64,000 nucleotides of DNA from Candidatus Yonathbacteria bacterium. Lineage in GTDB: Bacteria > Patescibacteriota > Minisyncoccia > Phycocordibacterales > UBA1550. Location of the stretch: positions 4,321-68,320 of the forward strand of contig JACRKU010000024.1 in NCBI GenBank assembly GCA_016215205.1, written 5' to 3'. Below the pieces are notes generated by a model. The model saw nothing but the letters and a program-made list of their open reading frames with translations. It was not told the DNA's origin and searched no databases. Of the stretch, positions 48,568-57,836 are shown one piece after another. Position 1 is the first letter of the stretch. The number at the start of each line of letters is the position of its first letter. The translations under genes were made by a program, and so were the position numbers.

Positions 48568-49071
48568 CTAGAGAATATTTTTAAGACTACGGGGTACTTC
48601 TAAAAACTTTTCCATTAAATGCAGGCACGCCTCTGCGACCGCTCCTTCTCCAGATTTTGCACTAGTTACAAAATCTGCTTTATTGCGTGCTAAATAAAAA
48701 GCATTCGCAGGCGCAATACTGTATGCTACGTGCTCAAAAATCATCGCATCATAAATACCATCCCCGACATATGCAGATTCACTAAGATCAAAATTTTCTT
48801 GAAGCCACGAGAGCCTTGTGGATTCACTTACTAGATTGAGTTTTAGTCCCATATCAACAGCAACCCTTTTTTCGGTTATTTCAAACCCTCTTTTGTCTGC
48901 AGAAATTGCGCAGACATTTATTAATTTACTTATCAGCTTGACGCCATCATTGTCATGCGGCCCGAAGACTTTTGCGAGTTTACCGTCTTTCGTGTATAGG
49001 AACTGCCCCGTTGTTAACACTCCATCAACATCCAGAATTAGATTCTTTATTACTTTTTGTTTGCCGTTCAT
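48568..49071 (-). CDS. KdsC/YrbI-like HAD phosphatase
   Basis: LDVDGVLTTG, KVFGPHD, YVGDGIYD, SGEGAVAE. Confidence 0.8.
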   Translation of the reverse strand: MNGKQKVIKNLILDVDGVLTTGQFLYTKDGKLAKVFGPHDNDGVKLISKLINVCAISADKRGFEITEKRVAVDMGLKLNLVSESTRLSWLQENFDLSESAYVGDGIYDAMIFEHVAYSIAPANAFYLARNKADFVTSAKSGEGAVAEACLHLMEKFLEVPRSLKNIL

Positions 49072-49215
49072 AAACGCGATTATAGACCATAAAGCTACGT
49101 TTTGCAATTTGAATTATTGCTCAAAATCTATGCGTAGCTATCTCAAGCCTACAGCAAACACCATATAATCAACAAGGGGAAAAGACATTAAGAAATGGTG
49201 AACTGGTACCTTATT

Positions 49216-50769
49216 TTAAAAACGGTTATTTAAGGTAGCGATGGCTTGCCTTATGAAATTATAAATATCGTGAGAGTCTTCTTTTTCAAAAAAACCAAGG
49301 AGATAGTGGGTGGACATAAATAAAATGCCGGAAATCCCCAAACCAACGATAACCAGCGGGAAACTGCTGATAAGTGGTTTTATAAAAAATACATCTACCA
49401 AAAAAACTATCGTTGATGTTATAAAAAGTTGTCTCATAAGTTTCAAATAATGAGCGCGTCGGAACGTGAGTTCTAAATATGACTTTTCTGTTATGTAAAT
49501 AAGGAATATGTACGGAATGAGCGCCAGAAAATATGCCCAAGCCGCGCCAACGAGACCAAAACGAGGAAGTAGTGTGACCAAAAGAATGGCATTAAGCACT
49601 GCGGTACTCACTGAGGTAATACTCAATGCTTTCAATTTACCCATACCCAAAAGAAAATTATTAAGTGGGTAGGTGATTGCAAGAGCAAGGTTTGTTAGCG
49701 CCAAAATTACAAGTACACTCGTGGCTTTTTCTGCAAGCTCAGGACTAATCCAATACTCCAGCATTTGATAAGCGAATGCTATAAACGAGATGGTAACTGC
49801 CGTAGAAATAATAGTTATTAACCGCATAGACCTCACATAAAGATTTTTTGTCATTTCTCTGTTCCCTCCCCCTTCAAAGTGGGCGGTCATTGGAAAAACA
49901 ACAGTAGAAAGAGTAGTCGATAAAGATGGCACCTTGTTGGTAATGCTTCCCGGGAGAGAATAAAATGTTAAGTTTGACGGCCCAAGAAATAGCGGAATAA
50001 TCATACGGTCTAGATAGGTGAGTGATGACCCCGCAAGATTATTTAAAAATGAAACTATCCCAAATCTGTAACATTTAATGGCTACCAATTTATTCCATCC
50101 ATACATTCTAATATATGAACACTCGTCTGGGTTCAATATCGTCATAGAATATTTCTTGTATACAAAATAAAAGACAAGAGCAAGAAGTGCTTGCAAAAGA
50201 AAAAGAGTATTAATGGACCAACCAAGAAACACAACTGCCAAAATACCCGCTTGTTGAATCGTTATAAAACTAATGCCAATCTTAGAACTTATATCAAAGC
50301 GCTGATACGCTATAGGAATTAATGCATAAAGACCACTGATACTATTTGTAAAAAACAGGACACCTGCATACATGAAAGCAGGAATGTATGCCCGATATGC
50401 GCCAACAGTTTCCCCGGGGAATGATACTAACCCTATAAAAATAGAAGAAATAATAAAGATGGCTCCAGTAAGCCCAATAATGACCAGTATAGTATTAGTG
50501 GTCTTGAATAAATCCTTTATCCCCTCCTTGTCTTGACTACCATGCTTTTCGGCAATAAATTTGCTCAGTGCGACAGAAACCCCCAGATCTAAAAGACCTG
50601 CTAGGCTGACAAGTGTACTAATAAAAATATAAATACCATACTCCTTGACTCCGAAATGGTGAACAATTATTGGTGTAACGAAGATGGCAATAAGCACTGG
50701 CCCCCCAAAAGAAAGCAGGCTGTACGAGATATTTTTGAGGGCGCGTTCTTTTATATTTATGGCGTTCAT
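49216..50769 (-). CDS. wzx: Wzx-type oligosaccharide flippase
   Basis: About 14 TMs; FGVKEYGIY, DLGVS, DRMII..FLG, FGLVGAAWA. Confidence 0.82.
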   Translation of the reverse strand: MNAINIKERALKNISYSLLSFGGPVLIAIFVTPIIVHHFGVKEYGIYIFISTLVSLAGLLDLGVSVALSKFIAEKHGSQDKEGIKDLFKTTNTILVIIGLTGAIFIISSIFIGLVSFPGETVGAYRAYIPAFMYAGVLFFTNSISGLYALIPIAYQRFDISSKIGISFITIQQAGILAVVFLGWSINTLFLLQALLALVFYFVYKKYSMTILNPDECSYIRMYGWNKLVAIKCYRFGIVSFLNNLAGSSLTYLDRMIIPLFLGPSNLTFYSLPGSITNKVPSLSTTLSTVVFPMTAHFEGGGNREMTKNLYVRSMRLITIISTAVTISFIAFAYQMLEYWISPELAEKATSVLVILALTNLALAITYPLNNFLLGMGKLKALSITSVSTAVLNAILLVTLLPRFGLVGAAWAYFLALIPYIFLIYITEKSYLELTFRRAHYLKLMRQLFITSTIVFLVDVFFIKPLISSFPLVIVGLGISGILFMSTHYLLGFFEKEDSHDIYNFIRQAIATLNNRF

Positions 50770-50837
50770 TTGCAAGGTTTCTTTATCTTCCCCATTATAG
50801 CTGAAATTAGAGGAAATAGGATATAATATAAGTTCCT

Positions 50838-51611
50838 ATGAAATTTAGCATAATTACCCCAACATACAGACGAAGAGACTTACTTGAGCGCGCAATCAAG
50901 TCGGTGCTTTCTCAAACCTACACTGACTGGGAAATGATTATAGTCAATGATTCTCCAGATGACCCGAAGTATCAAAATCTTGCTTCGTCGATTACCGATC
51001 CACGAATTCGTTACTATGTAAATGACATAAACAGCGGCGTAAACTACTCGCGGAACCGCGCGCTTGATAATCTTTCCAGGGATTCAGCCTGGGTTGTCTT
51101 TTTAGATGATGACGACTATTTTGTTCCAGATGCGCTTGCAGAATTTAATAAACTCATTACAGCTTTTCCTGATAAAAAATGGTTTATGACAAATCGCGCC
51201 TACGCAGACGGAATACTAGAAACAAGGTTTAGAAGACCAGAGACTCAATATTCTTTTATCTGGGAATATTTAATACTCAAACGCGGTAAGGGCGAGATGA
51301 CTCAGTGTATATCCACTAAACTCATAAACGGGATACGATTTTCAAAACGCGTAAAACAAGGTGAAGAGTGGCTATTTTATTATCAAATAGAACTCCATGA
51401 AAAAATGTACTATCATAATCACAACAGCACGCTCACTGACGGATATGATGAAGTTTCTGGGCTCAATTTTCGTAAGCGTTCTCGCTCTGAGCAATTTAAA
51501 ACATTGCTCACTCTTATCAGAGAAGGGAACCAGCTCCATCTTCTGCACCATCCGACATTTCTCATTTACCTCTTTATGCGCCTCGTGAGATTGTGTATTA
51601 AGACTCAATAG
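50838..51611 (+). CDS. GT2 glycosyltransferase
   Basis: SIITPTY, IVNDS, SRNRALD, FLDDDD. Confidence 0.85.
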   Translation: MKFSIITPTYRRRDLLERAIKSVLSQTYTDWEMIIVNDSPDDPKYQNLASSITDPRIRYYVNDINSGVNYSRNRALDNLSRDSAWVVFLDDDDYFVPDALAEFNKLITAFPDKKWFMTNRAYADGILETRFRRPETQYSFIWEYLILKRGKGEMTQCISTKLINGIRFSKRVKQGEEWLFYYQIELHEKMYYHNHNSTLTDGYDEVSGLNFRKRSRSEQFKTLLTLIREGNQLHLLHHPTFLIYLFMRLVRLCIKTQ

Positions 51612-51617
51612 TATATA

Positions 51618-51646
51618 AAAAGCCCGACACGAAGTGTCGGGCTTTT
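51618..51646. terminator. Terminator between convergent genes
   Basis: AAAAGCCCGACAC-GAA-GTGTCGGGCTTTT. Confidence 0.8.
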
Positions 51647-51662
51647 GTTTGTAACAAAAATA

Positions 51663-52607
51663 TTACTTATAGGCTTTAGATTTGATACACTCCAAAAGCC
51701 CTTGGTCTAAAGTAAACTTTGGATTCCATCCAAGGTTCCTTAATTTTGAATCATCAATGGACTGATCTTTGCTTTCATGAAAAAATGCAAGTTTTTCAAC
51801 TGTTTCAATCTCTCCATCGTAACCCATTAACAAACAAATTTTTCTTACCAAAGCATTTATAGAGATAGCTTCAGGGCCTCCAACACAAAAGATTTCTCCG
51901 TTGTTTGCCTTTTCCTCAATAAGAAGAATTGCATCAATCAGGTCATCAATGAAAACAAATTCCCTAATTGAATCTCTAACGCTGGAATATACCTGCGGTT
52001 TCTCCTTTCTGTTGATTGTCTTGATCGTTGTCGGAATAATCCTGCTTTCATTTGGATCATTCGGGCCATACAAATTTGAACACCGAACAATGTTTATCGG
52101 CAAGCCATAACTGGAAAAATAATTCTGCGCAACGATATCTTGACAGGCCTTGGTACTTTCGTACGTATACTTAGGCTTCAGAAGTGTCTTCTCATCATAA
52201 GGCGCCGAAACATCTCCGTACACTTTAGAAGAAGTTGAGACAATAATTTTTTTAACTGTCTCCATCCCTACTTTGTGCACAGCCTCCAACAAATTGACAG
52301 TACCCATAACATTAACCTCGTACGCATTTATCGGATTATCAAAACATCTCTTGAGGATTGAATCGGACGCAAAATGATAAATAGTATTAATTTCATACTT
52401 ACTTATGATGTCGCATAAAGAAGTGTGGTCGTTGAGGTCTCCTTTCACGAAAACGATACAGGGCTCATAAAGATGACTTGTCGGCTTATCGTGGTGATAC
52501 AATAAAACAATTTTTCTATCTTTATTATCATTAAGCTCAAGCAACCGAGAGGTTAAACCTAAGCCCATGAAACCAGCTGAGCCGGTTATTAATATATTGT
52601 TTTTCAT
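51663..52607 (-). CDS. NAD-dependent epimerase/dehydratase (extended SDR)
   Basis: ITGSAGFMG, NVMGTVNLLEA, YESTK, NLYGP. Confidence 0.85.
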   Translation of the reverse strand: MKNNILITGSAGFMGLGLTSRLLELNDNKDRKIVLLYHHDKPTSHLYEPCIVFVKGDLNDHTSLCDIISKYEINTIYHFASDSILKRCFDNPINAYEVNVMGTVNLLEAVHKVGMETVKKIIVSTSSKVYGDVSAPYDEKTLLKPKYTYESTKACQDIVAQNYFSSYGLPINIVRCSNLYGPNDPNESRIIPTTIKTINRKEKPQVYSSVRDSIREFVFIDDLIDAILLIEEKANNGEIFCVGGPEAISINALVRKICLLMGYDGEIETVEKLAFFHESKDQSIDDSKLRNLGWNPKFTLDQGLLECIKSKAYK

Positions 52608-52747
52608 TTTGTTTAACCTCGCAGAGTGATAATGATACTGCTATATATGCCCAAATTAGAAAAGTGCTACCCGTTGGCAGTATAGGGGAAATCACCTACT
52701 TTTTCAAGGCTCGCTTTACACTAACAATAAGAGTAAGATATACAAAT

Positions 52748-53473
52748 ATGAAGGGAATTATTTTGGCTGGAGGTGCAGGAAAAAGATTAAGTCCGCTTAC
52801 ACGCATCACGTCTAAGCAACTTTTGCCTATCTATAATCGCCCAATGATTTATTATCCTCTCAATACACTCATTAAGGCAGGCGTAAAAGAAATCCTAATC
52901 ATTATCGCCCCAGAAAAAGCTGGGGAATTTCTGAACTTACTTGGTTCTGGAAAAGAATTCGGTGTAAAATTTACATACGAAATTCAAGATAAGCCTGGAG
53001 GGCTCCCTGAAGCATTCATCATTGGAGAGTCGTTTTTAGACAATGATAATGTGGCTATGATTTTAGGAGATAATATCTTTGAAGAGGATTTTTCTGAGCA
53101 CATTCGTTCTTTCAAAAGTGGAGGGCGCGTATTCGCGGTTGAGGTGGCAGACCCCGAACGCTCTGGTGTCGTTGAATTTGATAAAAAAATGAAAGTCCTT
53201 TCAATTGAGGAAAAGCCAGAACATCCGAAGAGCAATTTTATTATTCCCGGGCTTTTTATATATGATTCTCGGGTTGTTCAATTTGCGAAAGAACTCAGAC
53301 CAAGCAAACGCGGTGAACTCGAAATCACTGATCTGCATAAACGATATCTAGAAATTGGCGAACTTGATGTAAAGAAAATTTCAGGAGAATGGATTGACGC
53401 AGGAACATTTGATTCACTGTTGAAAGCTAATCAACTAGCGAAAGAAAAGCTACACAAGGGTCTTATTATCTAA
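52748..53473 (+). CDS. rmlA: Glucose-1-phosphate thymidylyltransferase-like (short RmlA)
   Basis: GIILAGGAGKRLSP...SKQLLPIY, ILGDNIF, EEKP, PSKRGELEITD, WIDAGT. Confidence 0.85.
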   Translation: MKGIILAGGAGKRLSPLTRITSKQLLPIYNRPMIYYPLNTLIKAGVKEILIIIAPEKAGEFLNLLGSGKEFGVKFTYEIQDKPGGLPEAFIIGESFLDNDNVAMILGDNIFEEDFSEHIRSFKSGGRVFAVEVADPERSGVVEFDKKMKVLSIEEKPEHPKSNFIIPGLFIYDSRVVQFAKELRPSKRGELEITDLHKRYLEIGELDVKKISGEWIDAGTFDSLLKANQLAKEKLHKGLII

Positions 53474-53483
53474 AAAATAATTC

Positions 53484-54362
53484 CTACCGAACCGTTGCAA
53501 CAAATTCTTTAATGTAATCAATGATCTTCTTCTCTGTGTGCCAGCCAAGCTCGTTCCTTGACCGAGCAAGGTCAATTGAAGCACTCATGCGATTCCCTTT
53601 CCTCTCAGGAAGCATGGTGATCTCGCCACCGAAAGCTTTCGCAATATCAAGAATACTATAGCCATCTTCCGCGCCAAGTCCATAGTCGTCACCATCCCCT
53701 TTTTCTCCGACGAGTATGAGTCCGCGCACAATGTCATCAACATGTGTAAAGTTTCGCACCTGTGTTCCTGGGGCAACTACCGTGAGTGACTCACCTTTCT
53801 TAAACTTTTCTTTAAAAAGCGCTATGAGCGTTGCATACTGTCCTGTAGAAATTTCGCGCGGACCATATACATTATAAAAATAAATGATTGCATACGGGAG
53901 GTCAAACCATTCTCCGTAGTTACGGACTAGCTCTGTATTGCTTGCCTTCGTCCACGCGTAAGGACTCTGATCTCTTCCGAGTCCGCCATCGCCAAACTTG
54001 GTGCTAGAGCCAGCATAAATAATCTTTACTTTATTTTTTCTACAAAACTCCAGCACCGCAAAAGTTCCTTGCTTGTTTGACTCCCACACGATGGGCATGT
54101 CCGCAAAGCTTTGCTCCACGCGGGAATATTCACCGAGATGATACACAAGGTCAGGAATAAAGTTGATGAGCTTCGCAATATCCTTTGTATGCCCTTCAAT
54201 ATACGTTGCGCCTAGAATATGATTTTCCTTTTTACCGGTGAAATAATTATCTAGGGAGTAAACATTGTACCGCCCTGCCTCCACCAAGCGTTCAATAAGA
54301 TTTGACCCAATAAAGCCCGCGCCACCAGTGACGAGAATTGTCTTTTTAGCTGTTTTATCCAT
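53484..54362 (-). CDS. NAD-dependent epimerase/dehydratase
   Basis: TGGAGFIGS, YAGSST, SPYAWTK, FYNVYGP, RNFTHVDD. Confidence 0.85.
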   Translation of the reverse strand: MDKTAKKTILVTGGAGFIGSNLIERLVEAGRYNVYSLDNYFTGKKENHILGATYIEGHTKDIAKLINFIPDLVYHLGEYSRVEQSFADMPIVWESNKQGTFAVLEFCRKNKVKIIYAGSSTKFGDGGLGRDQSPYAWTKASNTELVRNYGEWFDLPYAIIYFYNVYGPREISTGQYATLIALFKEKFKKGESLTVVAPGTQVRNFTHVDDIVRGLILVGEKGDGDDYGLGAEDGYSILDIAKAFGGEITMLPERKGNRMSASIDLARSRNELGWHTEKKIIDYIKEFVATVR

Positions 54363-54409
54363 AATTTCAGCAGTATAACACTGATAGGGAGTGCGGGCAA
54401 AGGTCTATT

Positions 54410-55804
54410 TCAATATGGCTCCTCGTCTTCAGTAATTTCAAAATCTTCGGCAGAAATGGTATTCTTTTCTTCTTTTTCTCTGGTGAGACGAATTCCGAGA
54501 AGCGCAAGAGCGGCAAGAAATGCCGCGCCGATGTACCACGGCCACATACTTCCCTCTTTCGGAACAGTAAAAGGCGTTGTCGTTCCAATTGGCATAAATG
54601 CATCTGCTGCGCTAGCAGTTTGTTTATACGACACAGAAGCGACTTTTTCTTGAAGACGCGCTTGCGCTGCGGGTTTTACTATTGGCGCTTGAATGTTCTT
54701 CTGTACATCTTTCAAAGCTTGCTCGTATAGCAGACCATTTGGATAAAAAATCTTGATAAACGAAAGTGGTGCCCGAAAGCCAGTCGTCTCGGGCGCGAGA
54801 GTTATGACAGAGCCGGCAAGAAGCATTGTGTGTTCCGGAAAAGTAAAACGCCTATAATCGGCTTCAACTATCCACGATGATAGGTCGATATCTCTCGCGC
54901 CGTCGTTTGCAATATCCACCGCAGAAGAAGTAGTGGCGTGCAGGGACGCACGGAGAAATGCCGGCGACACAGCAATTTTTATACGCGTACTTACGGAAGG
55001 TGTGCCGTACCCGGTCGATACATCAAGGGCGACACTGTACGTCCCCGGATAGCGGAACACATGCGATGCGATTTTTCCCGAGCCAGTTTCGCCATCGCCA
55101 AATGTCCACAAGTAGTATGCGCCATCAAGCAGTTTCTTGTTTGAATCAACCGCTTCTCCGGAAAAAAATATAGGCGCTCCGGAAACAGTACTGCCTGATT
55201 GTATTATTATGCGCGCGGTTGCGGGTTCTCCGAAAGCTGCCGCGCCTCCTGTGGCAGATGCAGGGGTTTTTGCCTGTGCTCCTCTAGGCGTTTGGCTTGC
55301 CTCTGATGAAGGCGTATTTGCATTCCCCGGAGTTGGCGCCGCTCCTTGCCACGCGCCGTCAATCTTATGAATGGAATTACCATCGCCTGCGCCGCCCTGG
55401 TCTCCTGTATAAACCGCCGTGTCAGAAACAGAGCCATCAGGCATTTTGAATGAGATGGTCTCACCGGTATTTTTTAATGAAAAAGAACTGTCAAGAACAA
55501 TGCCGGAAAAACCCGCATGGTCGCTTAAAAATGTTTGCGCATTGTCGGCAATAATTGCATACGCACCTGAAAGAAGATTCGTGCTCCCCTGTACAGATAC
55601 CAAACTATGGTTGCTTCCTTCTTCAAAAAATTTCGCCTGAGCAATGTCCACAGACGCGCTTCCTTGATTCACTACCTCCACCCACTCATGTCCGGTATCC
55701 GCCCCTTCCGGGTCGTACATTATTTCCGAAATAAAAACCTGCGCGGAGACGGTCCGCGCGAAAAATAAGACAAGAAACGGAAATAAATACTTCATCTTAT
55801 TCAT
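54410..55804 (-). CDS. Surface protein with lamin-tail and PKD domains and a C-terminal TM anchor
   Basis: Signal peptide; ISEIMYDPEGAD..HEWVEV (LTD); YLWTFGDG...HVFRYPGTY (PKD). Confidence 0.8.
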   Translation of the reverse strand: MNKMKYLFPFLVLFFARTVSAQVFISEIMYDPEGADTGHEWVEVVNQGSASVDIAQAKFFEEGSNHSLVSVQGSTNLLSGAYAIIADNAQTFLSDHAGFSGIVLDSSFSLKNTGETISFKMPDGSVSDTAVYTGDQGGAGDGNSIHKIDGAWQGAAPTPGNANTPSSEASQTPRGAQAKTPASATGGAAAFGEPATARIIIQSGSTVSGAPIFFSGEAVDSNKKLLDGAYYLWTFGDGETGSGKIASHVFRYPGTYSVALDVSTGYGTPSVSTRIKIAVSPAFLRASLHATTSSAVDIANDGARDIDLSSWIVEADYRRFTFPEHTMLLAGSVITLAPETTGFRAPLSFIKIFYPNGLLYEQALKDVQKNIQAPIVKPAAQARLQEKVASVSYKQTASAADAFMPIGTTTPFTVPKEGSMWPWYIGAAFLAALALLGIRLTREKEEKNTISAEDFEITEDEEPY

Positions 55805-57710
55805 CTCCTCTTAAAATAGCCGTAAGCACATCTTCGGGGACCTCTTTGAGTTTTGTAGGAGTCTCGCGGTCTCGTTCGCGTAGTGGTTGTTGTTTTGGAG
55901 TCACGGGGAGGACTTTTGGCTCCGCCGCCGATTCTTTCTTTTCCCACGCCTGCCATCGCCTATCTGCTCCGCTTGTGTTCGATGAAGCAGTGGCGGGCAG
56001 GGCCTCTAAAACACCTGCCAAAGCAGCTTTGAGGCCGCTCAAACCCGCTGTGGTAGGACCTTTGCTTTTGGTTGGTAAAATTACGCCTCTGGCCGCCGGT
56101 CGAGCTTGTGTGAGCGTTGAGAAGCTAGCGCTCTCTGGAACAGGTTTCGGCTGCTGTTTTTGCTCTGGTTTCGGGAAAGTTTTGAACGCCTGCGCAAATG
56201 GCTTTTCCAATTTTTCTGGTTTTGCGGCTTGCCCGCTTGAGTTTTTCTCCTTGCCCGCCTCAATTTCTGTGAAATTTTGGCGTGGAGAAAAATTCTGGCG
56301 GGGTCGTTCAAACATCGCATTGCTGTCACGGCGTACAACGGGAGGGCGCGGCGAAATGTCGGCGCGCGGTGCGGGATATTCGCGGGCAGACTCGCGCGGA
56401 GGAATTTCAGCTCCACTTCCATACCACTCGGCTATGTTTTTTTCCACTTCCGCGCGTGGATGCCCATACAAAGCGCGTGATGACGCTATCACTTCTTCAC
56501 GAAGCGATTTTTTAGGCGGAGCGATAGGCCCAAGAGTCACTGATGAAAAAGGATGAGAAGCAACTCCGTCAATCATAAGTTTCAGATAGATCTGCGTGAA
56601 GCCGAGGCTCACCATGTCCTCTGCGGTAAATACCGGCGCATATTCTTTTTCCAAAACCTCGGCGTCGGGTGCGCCGACACGGAACATTATTTGCGTACCT
56701 ACGTTGCCAAAAACCGCGTCCGCAACTTTTTCATCCATCTGCTTAATGTACTGATGCGCCACCACGAGGGCGAGTTTGTACTTGCGCGCTTCTGACAAAA
56801 TATCGGCAAAGGATTCGTTTGCGAACGACTGGAACTCGTCCACATACATATAAAAATTGGGGAGTTTTTTGAGCTCGCCTTCGTTCAAATCCGCGCGCGA
56901 CATAGCTGCGAGATAGATTTTTGTAATGATCATTCCGCCCAAAAGATTTGCGTTGCCTTCACCGAGCTGACCTTTGGAAAGATTCACGATGAGAATCTTT
57001 CGCTCGTCCATCATTTTGCGCAAGTCAAAACTCGAATGCGGCTGGCCGATGATATTTCGAATGAGCGGGTTTGAAGTAAATTGTCCAAGCTTATTTTGAA
57101 TGGCGGGGGTCGCGTCTTTTGCATACTGCTCGCTGTACTTTGCAAACTCGTCAGTCCAATACGTTTTTACCGATGGATCCTTTATGTTATCGACGACTTT
57201 TTTTCGGTACACTTTATCGGTGAGCATTCGATTCACGCCAAGGAGCGTCGACTCCGGGTATTCAAGAAGAGCCAGGAGCGTGTTCATAAGAATATACTCC
57301 ATGCGCGCCGACCATGTCTCGGGTCCCCAAATCTTTTTGAATGCGCTCATAAGTCCATTGGCTACGAGATGCCTCTTGTCGGGTCCCACATCTTCCATCA
57401 CATTAAAAGAAATCGGATTGTCCATATCAAACGGCGCGAAATACACAACGTCTTTCACTCGCTCGTGCGGAATGTAATCGAGGATCATCGCCGCTGACTT
57501 TCCGTGCGGGTCAAGAAACGCAAACCCCTCGCCATTTCTGATATCCTGCACCACCATATTTTCAATGAGCGTGGACTTTCCCATGCCGGTCTTGCCGATG
57601 ATGTACATGTGGCGCGTGCGATCCTCGGCCTTGATGCCAAAAGGTACGCGCTTGTTCCGACGGTCTGTCTCCGCAAAGTATGTAATGCGATTTTTATCGT
57701 AGAGATACAT
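55797..57710 (-). CDS. VirD4/TrwB/HerA-like P-loop ATPase
   Basis: HMYIIGKTGMGKST, FLDPHG, MYVDEFQ, SEARKYKL...AHQY, VFGNVGT; low-complexity tail. Confidence 0.85.
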   Translation of the reverse strand: MYLYDKNRITYFAETDRRNKRVPFGIKAEDRTRHMYIIGKTGMGKSTLIENMVVQDIRNGEGFAFLDPHGKSAAMILDYIPHERVKDVVYFAPFDMDNPISFNVMEDVGPDKRHLVANGLMSAFKKIWGPETWSARMEYILMNTLLALLEYPESTLLGVNRMLTDKVYRKKVVDNIKDPSVKTYWTDEFAKYSEQYAKDATPAIQNKLGQFTSNPLIRNIIGQPHSSFDLRKMMDERKILIVNLSKGQLGEGNANLLGGMIITKIYLAAMSRADLNEGELKKLPNFYMYVDEFQSFANESFADILSEARKYKLALVVAHQYIKQMDEKVADAVFGNVGTQIMFRVGAPDAEVLEKEYAPVFTAEDMVSLGFTQIYLKLMIDGVASHPFSSVTLGPIAPPKKSLREEVIASSRALYGHPRAEVEKNIAEWYGSGAEIPPRESAREYPAPRADISPRPPVVRRDSNAMFERPRQNFSPRQNFTEIEAGKEKNSSGQAAKPEKLEKPFAQAFKTFPKPEQKQQPKPVPESASFSTLTQARPAARGVILPTKSKGPTTAGLSGLKAALAGVLEALPATASSNTSGADRRWQAWEKKESAAEPKVLPVTPKQQPLRERDRETPTKLKEVPEDVLTAILRGDE

Positions 57711-57719
57711 GGGGGAGTT

Positions 57720-57761
57720 GATAGCCACTAGTCAATAGCCAATAGTGAATAGCAGATACGA
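57720..57761. repeat. Degenerate heptamer array
   Basis: GATAGCC ACTAGTC AATAGCC AATAGTG AATAGCA GATACGA. Confidence 0.6.
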
Positions 57762-57789
57762 TAAAGTATATCACCAATCATAAACAAAA

Positions 57790-57836
57790 TAAAAACACAG
57801 GTGCGATTGGCTACGCCAATCGCACCTGTGTTTTTA
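57790..57836 (-). terminator. 22-bp stem-loop
   Basis: TAAAAACACAGGTGCGATTGGC-TAC-GCCAATCGCACCTGTGTTTTTA. Confidence 0.75.
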
